From NCBI GenBank assembly GCA_973895155.1, contig OZ316894.1, forward strand, positions 13,060,828-13,124,827: a stretch of DNA of 64,000 bases. Reading direction: 5' to 3'. Below, one piece after another: positions 51,301-63,469 of the stretch. Each line of letters starts with the position of its first letter. The stretch's first letter is position 1. This DNA comes from Marsupella aquatica (taxonomy: Eukaryota; Plantae; Marchantiophyta). A program made the position numbers and the translations under genes. The notes under the pieces are model-generated. The model searched no databases and was not told the origin of the DNA. It was given only the letters and a program-made list of their open reading frames with translations.

Positions 51301-51754
51301 TGACACCCCTTCCATGTTAACTTATGGGCACTTAACATACCTTAAATGTCGTTTGACAAACCTTAATAGCCGTTTGACACCCCAAAGTGTTTTCCAACCC
51401 TAAACCGATAAGACCTGCCTCACAAATTATTTCACAAGTTAGAGAATCTTTTTGCGAACCTACGACCTTCGCACTTCCTTCGCAAAAACAGAGGCCGAGA
51501 ATGATTTTTTGGGTCTTCTGCGGGTTGCGATGGCTTTGCGAAGGGAATAGATTCGGAAGTGCCTCACAAGTTGCGAGACTATTTGCGAGGGCGCAGGCTT
51601 CGCAGTTTCCCATGCGTATGTCATCGCAAACCCGTTTTTGAACGGCGTAAACATCGGCGGGAGCTCACATTCGGGCTCATTTCAGTTTTTGAGCGAGACG
51701 AGAAGGGCCGGGGCGCGCGCAACAGTACGAGGGAGACTGTGAGAGAGGGGAGCT

Positions 51755-53795
51755 ATGGCTACCGGTGAGGGGAGTGGAGGGCAAGGTGGTAGTGGTAGTG
51801 GTAGTGGCAATGGGGGAAATCCAGAGAAAGAGAAGAATGCCTGGGCAGACTTAGTGGCCCAACATCTCAGTGCTGCACAATTGGGAGAAGTGAATCTCAA
51901 TTCTCCAACAGGGCTTGCCTCTTTGAGTGCCATTCTTGGACAGGTTTTGCAAACTGGGATTGTAGCAGGACAAGCTACTAGAGAGGGGGAGGAGAGGGCC
52001 GCAGCTGAAGAGAAGGCTAGAGAGAAAAAAAGGAAGAGAGAGGAAAGAACTAAGTCGGGAGTTGCCTCTCCTCAAGCCCTAGAGAAGCAGAAGAGAAGAG
52101 AGGAGAGAGATTCAATTCGAAAACAGAGGGAGGAGCAACGTCAGAAAGAGGAAGCAAGAAAAAAACTTCCATTCATTGCCTTGGAGACGAGTGGGACTCC
52201 AACTGAGCTAGCGTATGCAGGGGCTAAGAGCACAATCAAGCAGATTATCACAAGCAATTTCTCACGAGGCATGTAGTGGGGGAAGATTGAGAAGGCAGAG
52301 CGAAAGAGGGTCATCAACCAAATCAAGGATGCATTTCGCAATGGGCCTGACATAGATGAGCAATGGTTGGCAGATAAGATTTCAAATTCTATGTCTCAAA
52401 TGCGATACCATGACAGGATGAAGATTAGAGCCCACCTGAAAGACTTGAGATCATACAGGAACTTGCGCAGACCCCTCCACTTCACCGAGGACATCTGGAA
52501 TTCGTTTTACAAGATTGAGGTGCAAATTAAGGCAGCTCACAAGTTGGAAGAGTGGAAGGGCAATATAGATCGAGCCTTGAAAGCAAAGGAGGCCGGGAAG
52601 CTCCCCCTTGACCACGACCTGAAGCCACTTGAGCAGAAGGTAGCTGAGATGCAGAAGGTGGCCGACCAGGAGGGAAAGCCGCCCAAGCGTTTCACAGATG
52701 CAGCCAAACGAGTGAAATCCACCCCCAATCCAGTCCACAAGTTGGGTCAAGGCGAGCTCCCCGGCCTCAAGTCACACTTTGTGAGTGCCTCTTGCTCCTC
52801 CCTAACCTCTCTATTCCTTTCAGAGTTGTGCAATGCAAGTGAATGACATCCCCGAAGGTTCTTGCTGTTGTGCATGCTTGCTTGGTTACTAGTTTAGGGC
52901 AACTCTGACACTTAGAATTTCTGGCAAATTTTTAAAAACTCTCGGGAACACAGTTTGCGAAGGTGTTGCGATGCGTATTTGTTCGCAAACCCCTTGCAAA
53001 GTCTATCATAGACTTTTTCCATTTCAATTTTCCGATGCCTTTGCGAACAAATGCGCATCGCAAAATCCATCGCAACGCCTTCGCAAAAAAAGGTGGTTCG
53101 CAAGTTGCTATGCTTATAGGTTCGCAAATTTGAATTTTAAATTTTTTTTGGGTCATGTTTAGTAGTTGAGGATTTAGGCGTCACTTGTGGCTATAGGGTA
53201 TGCTTAAGGGCAAATTTAACCAATTTTAATTGGTTTTATGCATGGCAGTATCGGAGGTACAAAAGGAAGATATCAAAAAAGCATATTGAGGTGGCGATAG
53301 AGCATGGACGAAAGTACCTCTTTGCGATGGTAGATGCCGAGTTGGCTACTGTAAGTGTCTAAGTGTGAACCATATGATTAGCATGCGAACATTGTGAGTG
53401 ACCCTTTATGTCTTGCGGAAACTAATGATATGTAATGGATGCAGGATTCGGATGAGCCTGAGGGGTCGGGTGCTGATGTGACCAGTAGTGATGATGATGA
53501 GGGGGCTACTCCTGGTACTAGTGGTGCTCGAGGGGGGAGTAGTCGTGAGGTAGGTTCTTCCCACCGTGGTAGTGGTGGTAGTCGTGTGTCATCAGCACAC
53601 GTTGATGACCAGGGGGAGGAGGAGGACCCTGAGGATGAGGAGGAGGAGCAGGAGGGGCAGGAGGAGCCAGAGGAGCAGCAGGAGCAGGAGCGCCGACGGC
53701 CATCATGCACCCGTCACCAACAGGATCCCCGGAAGGATAAGGGCAAGAAGCCAACCAAGAAGCCAACCAAGAGGAGCCGCAAGAGCCCATTCTAG
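51755..53795 (+). pseudogene. CACTA second gene (TnpA/PTTA-like), transcribed divergently from the transposase; one in-frame TAG
   Basis: Exons 51755-52780, 53249-53350 and 53445-53795, phase 0 GT-AG. TAG at 52274-52276. WGKI..RVINQI and RPLHFTEDIWNSF motifs, acidic/basic tail. Confidence 0.6.
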
Positions 53796-54026
53796 TTATT
53801 TTGTAGAGATACATGCATGAGAGTGACTTGTCATGCCGGAGCTTAGGGTAGGAAGAGGCAGCATAGGTTTAGAAGGGCGGACCTAGCATCAGATATTTCC
53901 CCCCTCTTGTCCATGTATAGGGTTCTTTGAAGCCCTATCATTTTGTTCATGCTTTTCCATTTTATAAAACAACAATTTTGCCTTCCACATTGGGTTCCAA
54001 GGAAAACCCCTCGCAAATAATGTATT

Positions 54027-57000
54027 TGTTGTAACTCATACTTGAGTTAAGTCTACCTTTGGGATAACTACCTATGTAACTACCCTAACTACTTAGGCCG
54101 TAGCCACATGTACATATTCTACCAAGAGTAAAGATGGAACTAACTCTTTGTCTCATTTCTCCCACAACACGTTATCAGCACGAGCCTAAGACTGGCTGAA
54201 TTTTTTAGGCCATGACTGATTCACTCTAAGACAAAGAAAGAAGAAAAAGATGTGATTCGAATGTGCCAAAGTTTTTTTTGCGAGAGCTGCTTGAAGCGCT
54301 GCGCGAGCAATTTTTCTTTGGGAGTAAGGCCAAGGAAGAATTGATCCCGGCTATGGTGAATTGAATATCAAGGCGCCATCTTATTCGATGCACGCTTTTC
54401 AAGTCGGTACAGCAGTAAGGCAACAACAACAGTCAGTCAGAGCCAGTGTTGTTGACGCGCTCACGAATCTGGAAATGAGCTAGCGATTGGAACTCCAGCC
54501 ATTTCGAGGAGTCGGAAGTTGGTGGCCAAGGTGTTTTCTCATTCCCTGGCGAGCAAGACCCTCACACCAACTACATCTTTGATTGATAACATTTCTAGCG
54601 AACACCAGCTCACTGACGGCTGGTCGTGAGCGCACAACAGATTGGAGTACGACAACCTACTTTGTTTCCTGTGTTTGCTTCCAGTTCTACTCGAGTCTAC
54701 CGCTGGAGGCATTCGAAATGGACAAAGCAGTAACAGGATGTTGTGATTTCTTTCCCGACACTACGCTTTCCCGACACTATGCTGACAGAAAAGCAGGACA
54801 AACATGGGGAAATTAAACCCGTTGGTTGCATCACTGGAAAATGAAAGAAGGATTTGGAGCAATCGCGTAAGAAGTGCGAAAAGAGGCAAGTGAAGAAAGT
54901 CGCGACTTGCAGACCATAGAAAGTAGCGACCTCCACTTCAGGCAGCGAGATCATCACACAAGCAAACCGATCCAAGGCACAGATCACAGCCTCAATTCCA
55001 TAAGGAACTCGTAAGGATAGCAGGAGATAAGGAAATTTTTCTTAGAAGATTCGAAGAGAACTCAAGAAGAAAGTAGAACAGAACGGAAGTCTATCCCCAA
55101 CCGAGGATCACAAGATTACATTCTTCGTCAGTCATTGATGAGTCCTTCGCCCTTCGAGAGTAACCGATCCTGAAAAGCAGCATCCCCCTCCAGGGTGAAA
55201 AGGATAAGAAGAGCAAGACGACAGCAATAGAGAGAAGACGATCAAAAAGCAGAAAGAAGAATTCGATTAGGACATCGCGACCTCATAGGGGCAGGCCTCG
55301 CTCGATAGCCAATGATAGCCGCACGGGATGCAGCTATCTTGGAGCAAAATTTGGCTATCACGGAGAGAATAGCTGCATATGAGGAGAGAGACGCTACTCT
55401 TCTGCTACGTGACGTAGCTTACGCTGATCGAGATTCCGCCATGGAGGAACGCGATGCTACTGTTACAACTCTTGATATTTCAGCGAACAAAACACCCTTG
55501 TCCAAAAGAGGCCATCGGTGAAAGATTCAAAGCTCTTCCATCCGCTGAGTATGAAAAGAATTGTACTATTGTAGGAGTTTTTCATTAGGCTCCCTTGTCT
55601 TCCACACGGTACAGTGCTGTTGTTCAAGAGCAAAGTGACCTTGGCAAGATCGGCGACGCCAAAAGAGTCAGTTTGTGGGTTTCCTAGGAAGAGGAAGCTA
55701 ATAGTGAAATCTACGCTTGATCGCATAGTGCGTTCGAAAAGATCATGTCGTTCTCCCTAGGAGCATCGTTTGGAGCTTGGAGATAGCGACGAGGCCGATT
55801 ACCTGAAGGGCCCGAACGATGATGTTCACGACGTTGATAATGTGCGATACCCCATTCCCCACTGCTCCTGTATAGGTGTGAGACAGTAGTGTTACAGATG
55901 GGGTAACGGGGGCTGGCAGTCCTCGCGTTGCACTACTATGATCTCCATGAACTTTTTGGAACAACTCGGCTCCGAAGGGATAAATGTAAATTATCCTGTC
56001 GATTTGAAGGAGCACTGGGCAAATCATGGAACTAACCGTTACGTTACAATTCGATAACAAGATGAAGCATGCTCCGTCATTCAAGATCAACGACATGTAG
56101 GGAAGTTTCCGTCAATCATATTTGTGAAGCTCTCTTGACAGGCGCAAAATGTTTTGGTTTCGGGGGCCAAGTGAGGCACACTGGGCGTTTGCCGAGATGA
56201 TACGTGGTTATACTGACGCATCTGCATTTTGGAACAAGTTTTGGAACGAGTCATCAGACCTCCTACTTCCAGTCCGTGAAGGCGACCCCATACGGAAGCT
56301 TGATTCATAAGGAACACCCATAGTTACGCCTAATTCCCAATTGAAAAGATAAGAGGAGAGAAGACACTACAGAAATCGAACGCAGATCGTGAGCAAGGCA
56401 GGCAGCATCGCGAACATATCAAACGCGAAGGGAGAAAACTTTGAAGGAAAGAATGCGAGACAGAGGAGAAACAATAAGCACCAAAGGCAAGGAGGATAAA
56501 TCCAAGAACATTGAAGGAAGCACAAACCCAAAAAACCAAAGAGAGAACGCGAGGAACGCCAGGAGAGAGAAGGACGTCCAATGCAGACGGAGATCGTGGT
56601 ACAGGCTACAGACGAGACGCCGGGCAAAGGAGGCAAACAAAGAGAAGCCATCAAACCAAAGGAAAGTCCTCCACATTTTCTTCTAAGAAGACCATTTTAC
56701 ACTAAGTAATGGAGAACTAAAGAACAAAGAGACTTTCTCTTCAAAAGGAAAGAAAAACCAAACAACAAAGCATGAAGTAAGGACATAAAGAAAGAAGCTA
56801 AAGTACAGAACCTACATGGCGACAAATGATGATTACTTCCACCAATTAATTTCATAAATTCAGGGGGAGATATTTTTCCCAAGGGTGCCTACTACACATA
56901 AAATCCCCGTGCCTACTACACATAAAAGCCCTGTGCCTACTGCACATGGAAGCAAATGGGTGCCTACTGCACACCCAGCCAGAAAGGAAAAATAAATGAC

Positions 57001-58049
57001 AAATTGAGGGGGAGACCTCAAGTAAGACTTGACATCAAGCAATGTAACCCATGGGATGTGCCTATTGCACAAGTGCCTTTCGCACCAATGAATACCTAAA
57101 AATGGAACTCTATTCCATGCATATGGCAAATCATGAAATCTAAGGAATTTTTATAAATGATTGAACATGGTGTTAACACAATCACTTACCAATACTTGAT
57201 GAGGTATACTGGATATTAAAGTACCATATGATAATATGAGGTACAATACCAGGTCATAAGGTACCATAAGGTGAGACATGGCATGGTAAGGCACCATAAG
57301 AGATGGTGCGCCATACCCCAATATGATAACCCTACGTTGTGGATATGGTACGTGATGTGGTGCAAATAGGTTATGCCCACACCAAATCTAGGGTTAGACA
57401 CCCAATCCAATTCCAAGGCCATGGATTACACCATATCACCTTCATTTTGTACTAATACTTTACTTTGTCATGGCATGTAATCGGTGACCATCAAGGAGTC
57501 TCCATTTCCAGATTGGAAGGAGACACGAGAAACAATCAACCAAGGAAGATCTTCAACAAGCCTATAGTGTTGACAAACACCTTAAGAGACTTTGTAGAAA
57601 TTAAACATACACTATATGCTTAAACCCAAATATGTTACACCCATGGGGATGGTAATACTCTTTCCTCCCACAAAGAAAGTAGGGGAGGTTTTAATGAGGT
57701 TACATCCCCCACTTACACTTTACCATGCAACATGAATTATAAGACATCTATTAGGAGAAGCTTGACATTCATTTATAGTAGACTTGAGATGGCTACACCA
57801 TTTATAAAATAGGCTAGACATAAACAAAACCTATTGTATACCACTGAATATACCCAAAGTAGACTCTTGATTGTAACATTTCAACCCCAATGTTACAAAG
57901 GGGGAGTGTTGTAACTCATACTTGAGTTAAGTCTACCTTTGGGATAACTACCTATGTAACTACCCTAACTACTTAGGCCGTAGCCACATGTACATATTCT
58001 ACCAAGAGTAAAGATGGAACTAACTCTTTGTCTCATTTCTCCCACAACA
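54027..58049 (+). mobile_element. Non-autonomous LTR retroelement, copy 2, with larger cargo, nested in the CACTA
   Basis: Identical 143-bp LTRs at 54027-54169 and 57907-58049. TSD GTATT, same PBS and PPT as copy 1. Confidence 0.93.
55312..56057 (+). pseudogene. BPC: Captured BBR/BPC (BASIC PENTACYSTEINE, class II-like) GAGA-binding factor fragment
   Basis: Alanine zipper [61 protein letters not shown] at ~55850-55950. C-terminus [20 protein letters not shown] ends at 56057. Confidence 0.88.
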
Positions 58050-58611
58050 GTATTGAATCCTGTGTGATCATAATTTTGCGAACCCTTTAAGAACTCATTC
58101 CCATCGCACAATATTAACCCCAAGGCGTCACACTTTTTGAGTCAATTAACTTCAGAACTTCAGATCCAAATATGTCGGGTTTTTGTGATACTTCTAGGAT
58201 CGCACTTTCCTAATCGCAACCGTTCACAAACTTCTGAAATCACCGGTATTGCTCTTTGTCATACAATCCCCATCAAAACAATTGAACCAGTATCAATCGC
58301 AAATATGATGCGATGGTAAATCCGTCTCAAATATTGACGCCCGCGCGGGACGTGTGCGTGTATGTTTGCGAACCTTATGCGACGTATAATGGATCGCAGA
58401 AGTATTGAATATTGCGAACCTCTTAGCTTCTCAGTTTGCCATGATGTTGCGATGTCGTTGCGATGGTCCACGTGCGAAGTTATTAGGTTCGCAAAGTGCG
58501 AAGGGGGTGCGATGCGCGTATGTTCGCAATATCCAAAATTATGAAAATCAGGGGCTTGTTAGTTGCGATGAGATTGTCTTCGCAAAACCGGCCGATAGTG
58601 TTGTAGTGATT

Positions 58612-60780
58612 AGTTGCATGTATAGACTGCAACTTTGTTGCCTCTAAATTGCAGTGACTATTTGCCAGGTGATCATACTTCTTCTCTGCAACACATGTCT
58701 TATTCTCTATGGACACAACAACCACAATATATGTTACTAAAAATAACACAAAAACAATAGATTTTATAATCATATCCCACAAAGTTATAAGGGCCTTACC
58801 TTCAAGCCTACATGTTGTTGGCATGCCAAAAGAGTGCATAGACTTTGCCACCTCAACTGGTGATGGTGGAACTCCTGCAGAACTACAATCAATTTTATCT
58901 CTCACCAACACAACGGCTTCCATTAATGACTTGAAGTTCACATGGAACAATTAAGTCAGTCAATGAATTCAAACGTTCATTGATCTCTAGAAGACATGTT
59001 TCCACAGCCTTCAAATGATCACTTATCTCCGTAAGTGAAGATCCACCTCCCTACATGACACAGGGCAATAGTGAATCACTCCATATGAAATGTTGGGCAA
59101 TATATGCACAATCAATGATATGTGTACACCTAAAATTCAACGCAGGTCATTCAATTACCAATCAGAACTCATTTAACTTACCTGCTTGGAGGATTCAGAT
59201 GCCTCACATGCCCTGTTGTTCACAATTTCAGCCCTCAACTCTTCTTTTGAAGGGCTTTGCCCCAATTGGGCTTTCTGCACATGCATGGCAAACACAAGTT
59301 ATCATTTTCCAATGAACACTGAAAAACAAAGTCAACAGGTCGACATAGTGTAGCATGAATTACATAACTTGCCATTGATTCTTACCAAGCGTTTTGCTAT
59401 CGGTGCAGTGTCGGTCCTTCTTGTCCGATTAAGGTTTTGAACACTCAACTTGGCCTCGGTCATCTGTGAACTTTTCTTTTTTGCAGCATTAGTCACAAAA
59501 TAAGCTATTAATTTTGTCCACACTTTATCATCACAACTTGCTGGTGGAGGCATATCTGGCTTCTCCCCACCATCCTTCCAAGCCTTATGCATTCTACATC
59601 TCTCTTGCTTGATGATTTTACCTGCTGTACTTTCTAGGCAACCTATGTCCATGCCATCATCACTGCCCACATAATTCCATTTGGCAACAACATTTTCACA
59701 TACAGTCTTCCAATCTTTTGGATGCTACTTTTTAAAATTAATAACACTCACATCTAACCAGCGCAATACTTCAGCTTTCAAATCAGCATGCCATCAATTT
59801 TTGCGAGGACACTCAACATCCACCCATTGTCTGTCATTCAGCTTTACTATCCCTTTCTTCTTCACCTCCCCTTGTGCACTGCTCTCTGTAGTACTGGGCG
59901 GTGTAATATTAATGGGCACCCCCTGATTCACCCTACCTGGGGTTCTGAAGTCACCTAGGCAAATACAATGTCATTCATGCTTGAGAACTATATACACCTT
60001 ATATTTATTACAAACACCTATTGGCACCATTAATTCAATGCATCTCTTTAACAAAAATTGAACCAACATATATACCTGTAGCTCTACCAATAGACATTTG
60101 TGCAAGGACTGCACTCTGGAATTGTTGCGACCTTGGACCACCTGTCCAGCCTAGTACAGGGGTCCAGCCTAGTACAGGGCACAGACGTTGTCACTTTCTA
60201 GCTAGGCATGTACAAACATATGTACTGATAACTTAGTAAATCAATAAACCGTAGGGAAACAAGTCAACATTCCAAAATACCTGCCCCCTTCTGTGCTGCA
60301 TCTGCATAGGGGCATTAGTGAATACTTGCGTCGATGGTTCGATTGTCCAACCTGCACACATACATTTGCTATCATTGTACATGTACAGAATATACCCACA
60401 TGAATGGACTACAGATAAAATGAGTTCTTCCATTGCAAACTGTTGCATACATTACCTGCCCCTCTTCCGACATTTGTAGGTACTGTGTTCTAAAAGCCTT
60501 GCCAATTACCTTCATCACCTTCCCAGCCTTGTTGATTCCAGGACCCATCACCATCCTCCCAACCTCGTTCAACCCATGTCTGTCCTGGTGGACATTGAAA
60601 CTCATCATTACCAGCATTTGCCCAATCAGGTTGAGCAAAATCTGCATGCAATGGCAGGTGGAATGAATTTCATGTTGTATGAATTCAATCCCAAACAATG
60701 TCAAACATTGCTATGCAGTCTGAAATTCACAAGTGCTACTTTTTCAACTTTCCTTTTTCTAGTCCCCTCTAAGTGAGACA
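58612..60780 (-). pseudogene. Older CACTA TnpA/PTTA-like (Transposase_24-like) gene fragment
   Basis: PPPASCDDKVWTKLIAYF..KKKSSQMTEAK.SVQN at 59332-59930, with stops and intron-like segments. Confidence 0.5.
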
Positions 60781-60991
60781 GCAACGGACAATTCCTAATT
60801 TAAATACCAAACCAATTACTGGATTCCACTCAATAAAAGAATGTAACATAATCAACTTATAGCTTCCCTCAAATCTCCAACACTTCAAATGTAAAAAAAC
60901 AGAAGTGATCCATACTTCTGATCGGAACTTCCTGATTATTTTCATGAAAAAGTTACTCTTTCTTCTTGGTCCAAGACAAATAAATTAAACC

Positions 60992-61815
60992 TGTTATAAG
61001 TTAAAGTTAACCCTAGATAAAGAGGTTAAGGAGTAGTTACACAACTACCTCCATATAACCACACATCTGTACTCAACACTTACATTATTATGAATGTTGG
61101 AGATTGGAGTAAGTTCTGGCTATGGTGTCCTCAATCTAACACGTTATCAGCACGTCTCTTCGAGCAATTTTATATAGAACGGCCATACAAGCATGAGAGA
61201 GGAGATTGCCCTCCTACCTATCGACAAATTTTTTCTTTCCCTTTTCAATAAATAGGATCCTAGCCCAATACAAAAGTGCCAGAAATTGAATTTCTGAATC
61301 CTCCATAGATTGCATACTGCTTGGTGGTCTTTCCCTCCCAAATTTAGGAAGAATTGCAAGTTGGGGACCATTTTCCTATACGGACATGGCTTGGATAACC
61401 ACAAATTTCAAATCAACAGTATCCCACACACAATTTCCTTTACAAGGATCACACTCCAAGAAGGAAATCCGGACGGGCTGACAAGAGAAGCAGTTACACA
61501 CAAATATTCCGAAGAAAATTGATACCGATGATCCCAAATTACGCCTTGACAAAATCCTAGAGTCTCCCCTTTTACAAATGCAAAAATTGGACGCGGCCTT
61601 AAAATCAAGCACATTAATCAAGGCCCGAAAGGGTGACAGTTGATCCCCTACATCATAAATCAATACGACTGCCGCATAAGAAAAAGATCACTGACAATTA
61701 CACAACAACAATGGCACTAGAAAAGCTAAGCTTCCGAGAATTGGCAATTGATGGATCAAATTATTTATCTTGGTCTCTCAATATGGAGGCGCACCTCGCA
61801 GCGAAAGACCTCCCA
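60992..61815 (+). mobile_element. Third Bianca-type element, 5' end only (150-bp LTR, PBS, start of gag)
   Basis: tgttataag...ctaaca at 60992-61141, PBS cgttatcagcacg, and MALEKLSFRELAIDGSNYLSWSL at 61711. Cut by an LTR insertion. Confidence 0.85.
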
Positions 61816-62290
61816 TGTCGTGTGAATCCACATCGTCATACAACATACATCGTTGGTCATGCCATACTCACATACATGCATAACATGGACAAGAGCATAC
61901 ATAAATACAAGACAGTGTACCGCAACTGAAATCCATGAAAGACATACTGTCATAAAACACGTAAGAACACACACAGTCAAGCCAAACCCACTCCGCAATG
62001 GAGAATCTAGGTCGAAGCTAACGGGACACCATAGCCAAGGAGCTCCACTCACTACCAAGGCTCTCCCAACGCCAAAGGCTCAACTCAAAGAACTAACCGT
62101 CCTTTGAGCCTCTCCACACTATACCCTCCAACCCTGAGGGCGGGTCCTACTAGAGGAGTCACCCTCAATAGGGCACCCCCTCTAACCCTCTACCATGGAA
62201 CCAGACTCCTAACTAGGCACTACGGCCCATCTAAGGTATGGACTCCGCTAGCACACTACATAGTCTAGCACGCTATGTATGGTCATGACA
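61816..62290. mobile_element. LTR (475 bp), followed by a partial copy of its own start (62293-62404)
   Basis: tgtcgtg...catgaca termini. The block ccacatcgtcatacaacatacatc...gtaccgcaact occurs twice. Confidence 0.65.
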
Positions 62291-62974
62291 GCTGTTGTGC
62301 GCTTCCACATCGTCATACAACATACATCACTGGTCATGCCATACTCACATACATGCATAACATGGACAAGAGCATACACAAATACAAGACAATGTACCGC
62401 AACTCGCCCCCCTAACTAGCGGTTAGGTCCCTCTAACTCCCAGGTAGCCCTATCCATCTACTACATGTTATACACCTTTGTGGGTGCACGGATCAGAAGG
62501 CCGGGTGCTATGTTGCCCCATCGTTAATCGCCCATCTGCAATCCATACCATGTGAAGATCAAGTCATCCACCTCCTAAGTACACCGAGGACAAACCCACC
62601 GTTGTCGTGCCAAAAGATTTTGGCTCAGGAATGGCTTTTATAGGGGATGATGGGCAAGGCCTTCCGGTTGGGTTGCGTGCATGCTGACTCGGAGGGGCTG
62701 CTTGGTTGGATGGATTGAGGTTTGGTGATTGGGTGACTCGTCATCACCAGGTTTGGTGTTTGGGTGAGTCACTAGGCTTGGAGTTTGGATGAGCCTCGCT
62801 GATGGCAGCTGGCTCAGGCTGGATGGTTGGGTTTTCGATACTACTTAAGACTTGAGCCTCGGCTCATTGAGGTTGGCGGTTGTCTATTGCAATCTGTTGA
62901 GTTTTGTTCTGTGAGTTCCACTCCATTTTGCAGAACTCGACTATTGTGCGGCGGTTTTGGAGTTCTGGGCGAGT

Positions 62975-63115
62975 GTTGGATCCAGGTGTGGAGTTTTCGA
63001 TCCAGGCGGGGATTTCTCAAGTTTGGAGCCTCGTCGATCCACGTGGGGATTTCTCAAGTTTGGAGCCTCATCGATCCAGGCAGGGATTTCTCGAGTTTGG
63101 AGCCTCGTTGGTCCA
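62975..63115. repeat. ~37-bp tandem repeat, 3-4 units
   Basis: gggatttctcaagtttggagcctcgtcgatcca is repeated. Confidence 0.8.
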
Positions 63116-63469
63116 GGCCCGAGTTTCGTGAGAGCTGTTTTAGACTAGTGGAGAAGCTAGTCAAGTTTTGGTTTTGTGAGCTAAGGAGGAGAGTTTTTCC
63201 GTCAAATTTTGAGTAGATAGTCACTCGAGGAGTTCAGCTCGACAAGTTAGAGGTAGCGGCCCACCGTAGGGCCAGCTACCAGACTCTTGCGGGCAAGCTT
63301 ACTCAAGGGCACCCATTGTAACCTTTATGAGAAAAGTAAAAAAATTAAAGGAGTGAGAGTTCGCTCTGAAAAGTGCTTGTCACCTGTCCCAATCGCAGCC
63401 AGAAACGCACAGTTTGCCCAAGGAGCCCCTAACTCGAGAAGCTGAGTGCTAGGATTCTCAAGAGGTTTG

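Larger units (their letters stand above)
44700..58608. mobile_element. Complete CACTA (En/Spm) transposon, ~9.9 kb excluding the nested LTR element
   Basis: TIRs CACTACTACA-TATTGGCCCCTTTTGCGAAG and CTTCGCAAAACCGGCCGATAGTGTTGTAGTG. 3-bp TSD ATT at 44697-44699 and 58609-58611. Subterminal ttcgca/tgcgaa motifs. Confidence 0.93.

Noticed and set aside
62975-63115. CRISPR-like array of ~37-bp repeats (also 30130-30365)
   Set aside because: No unique spacers, no cas genes, and a eukaryotic TE context.
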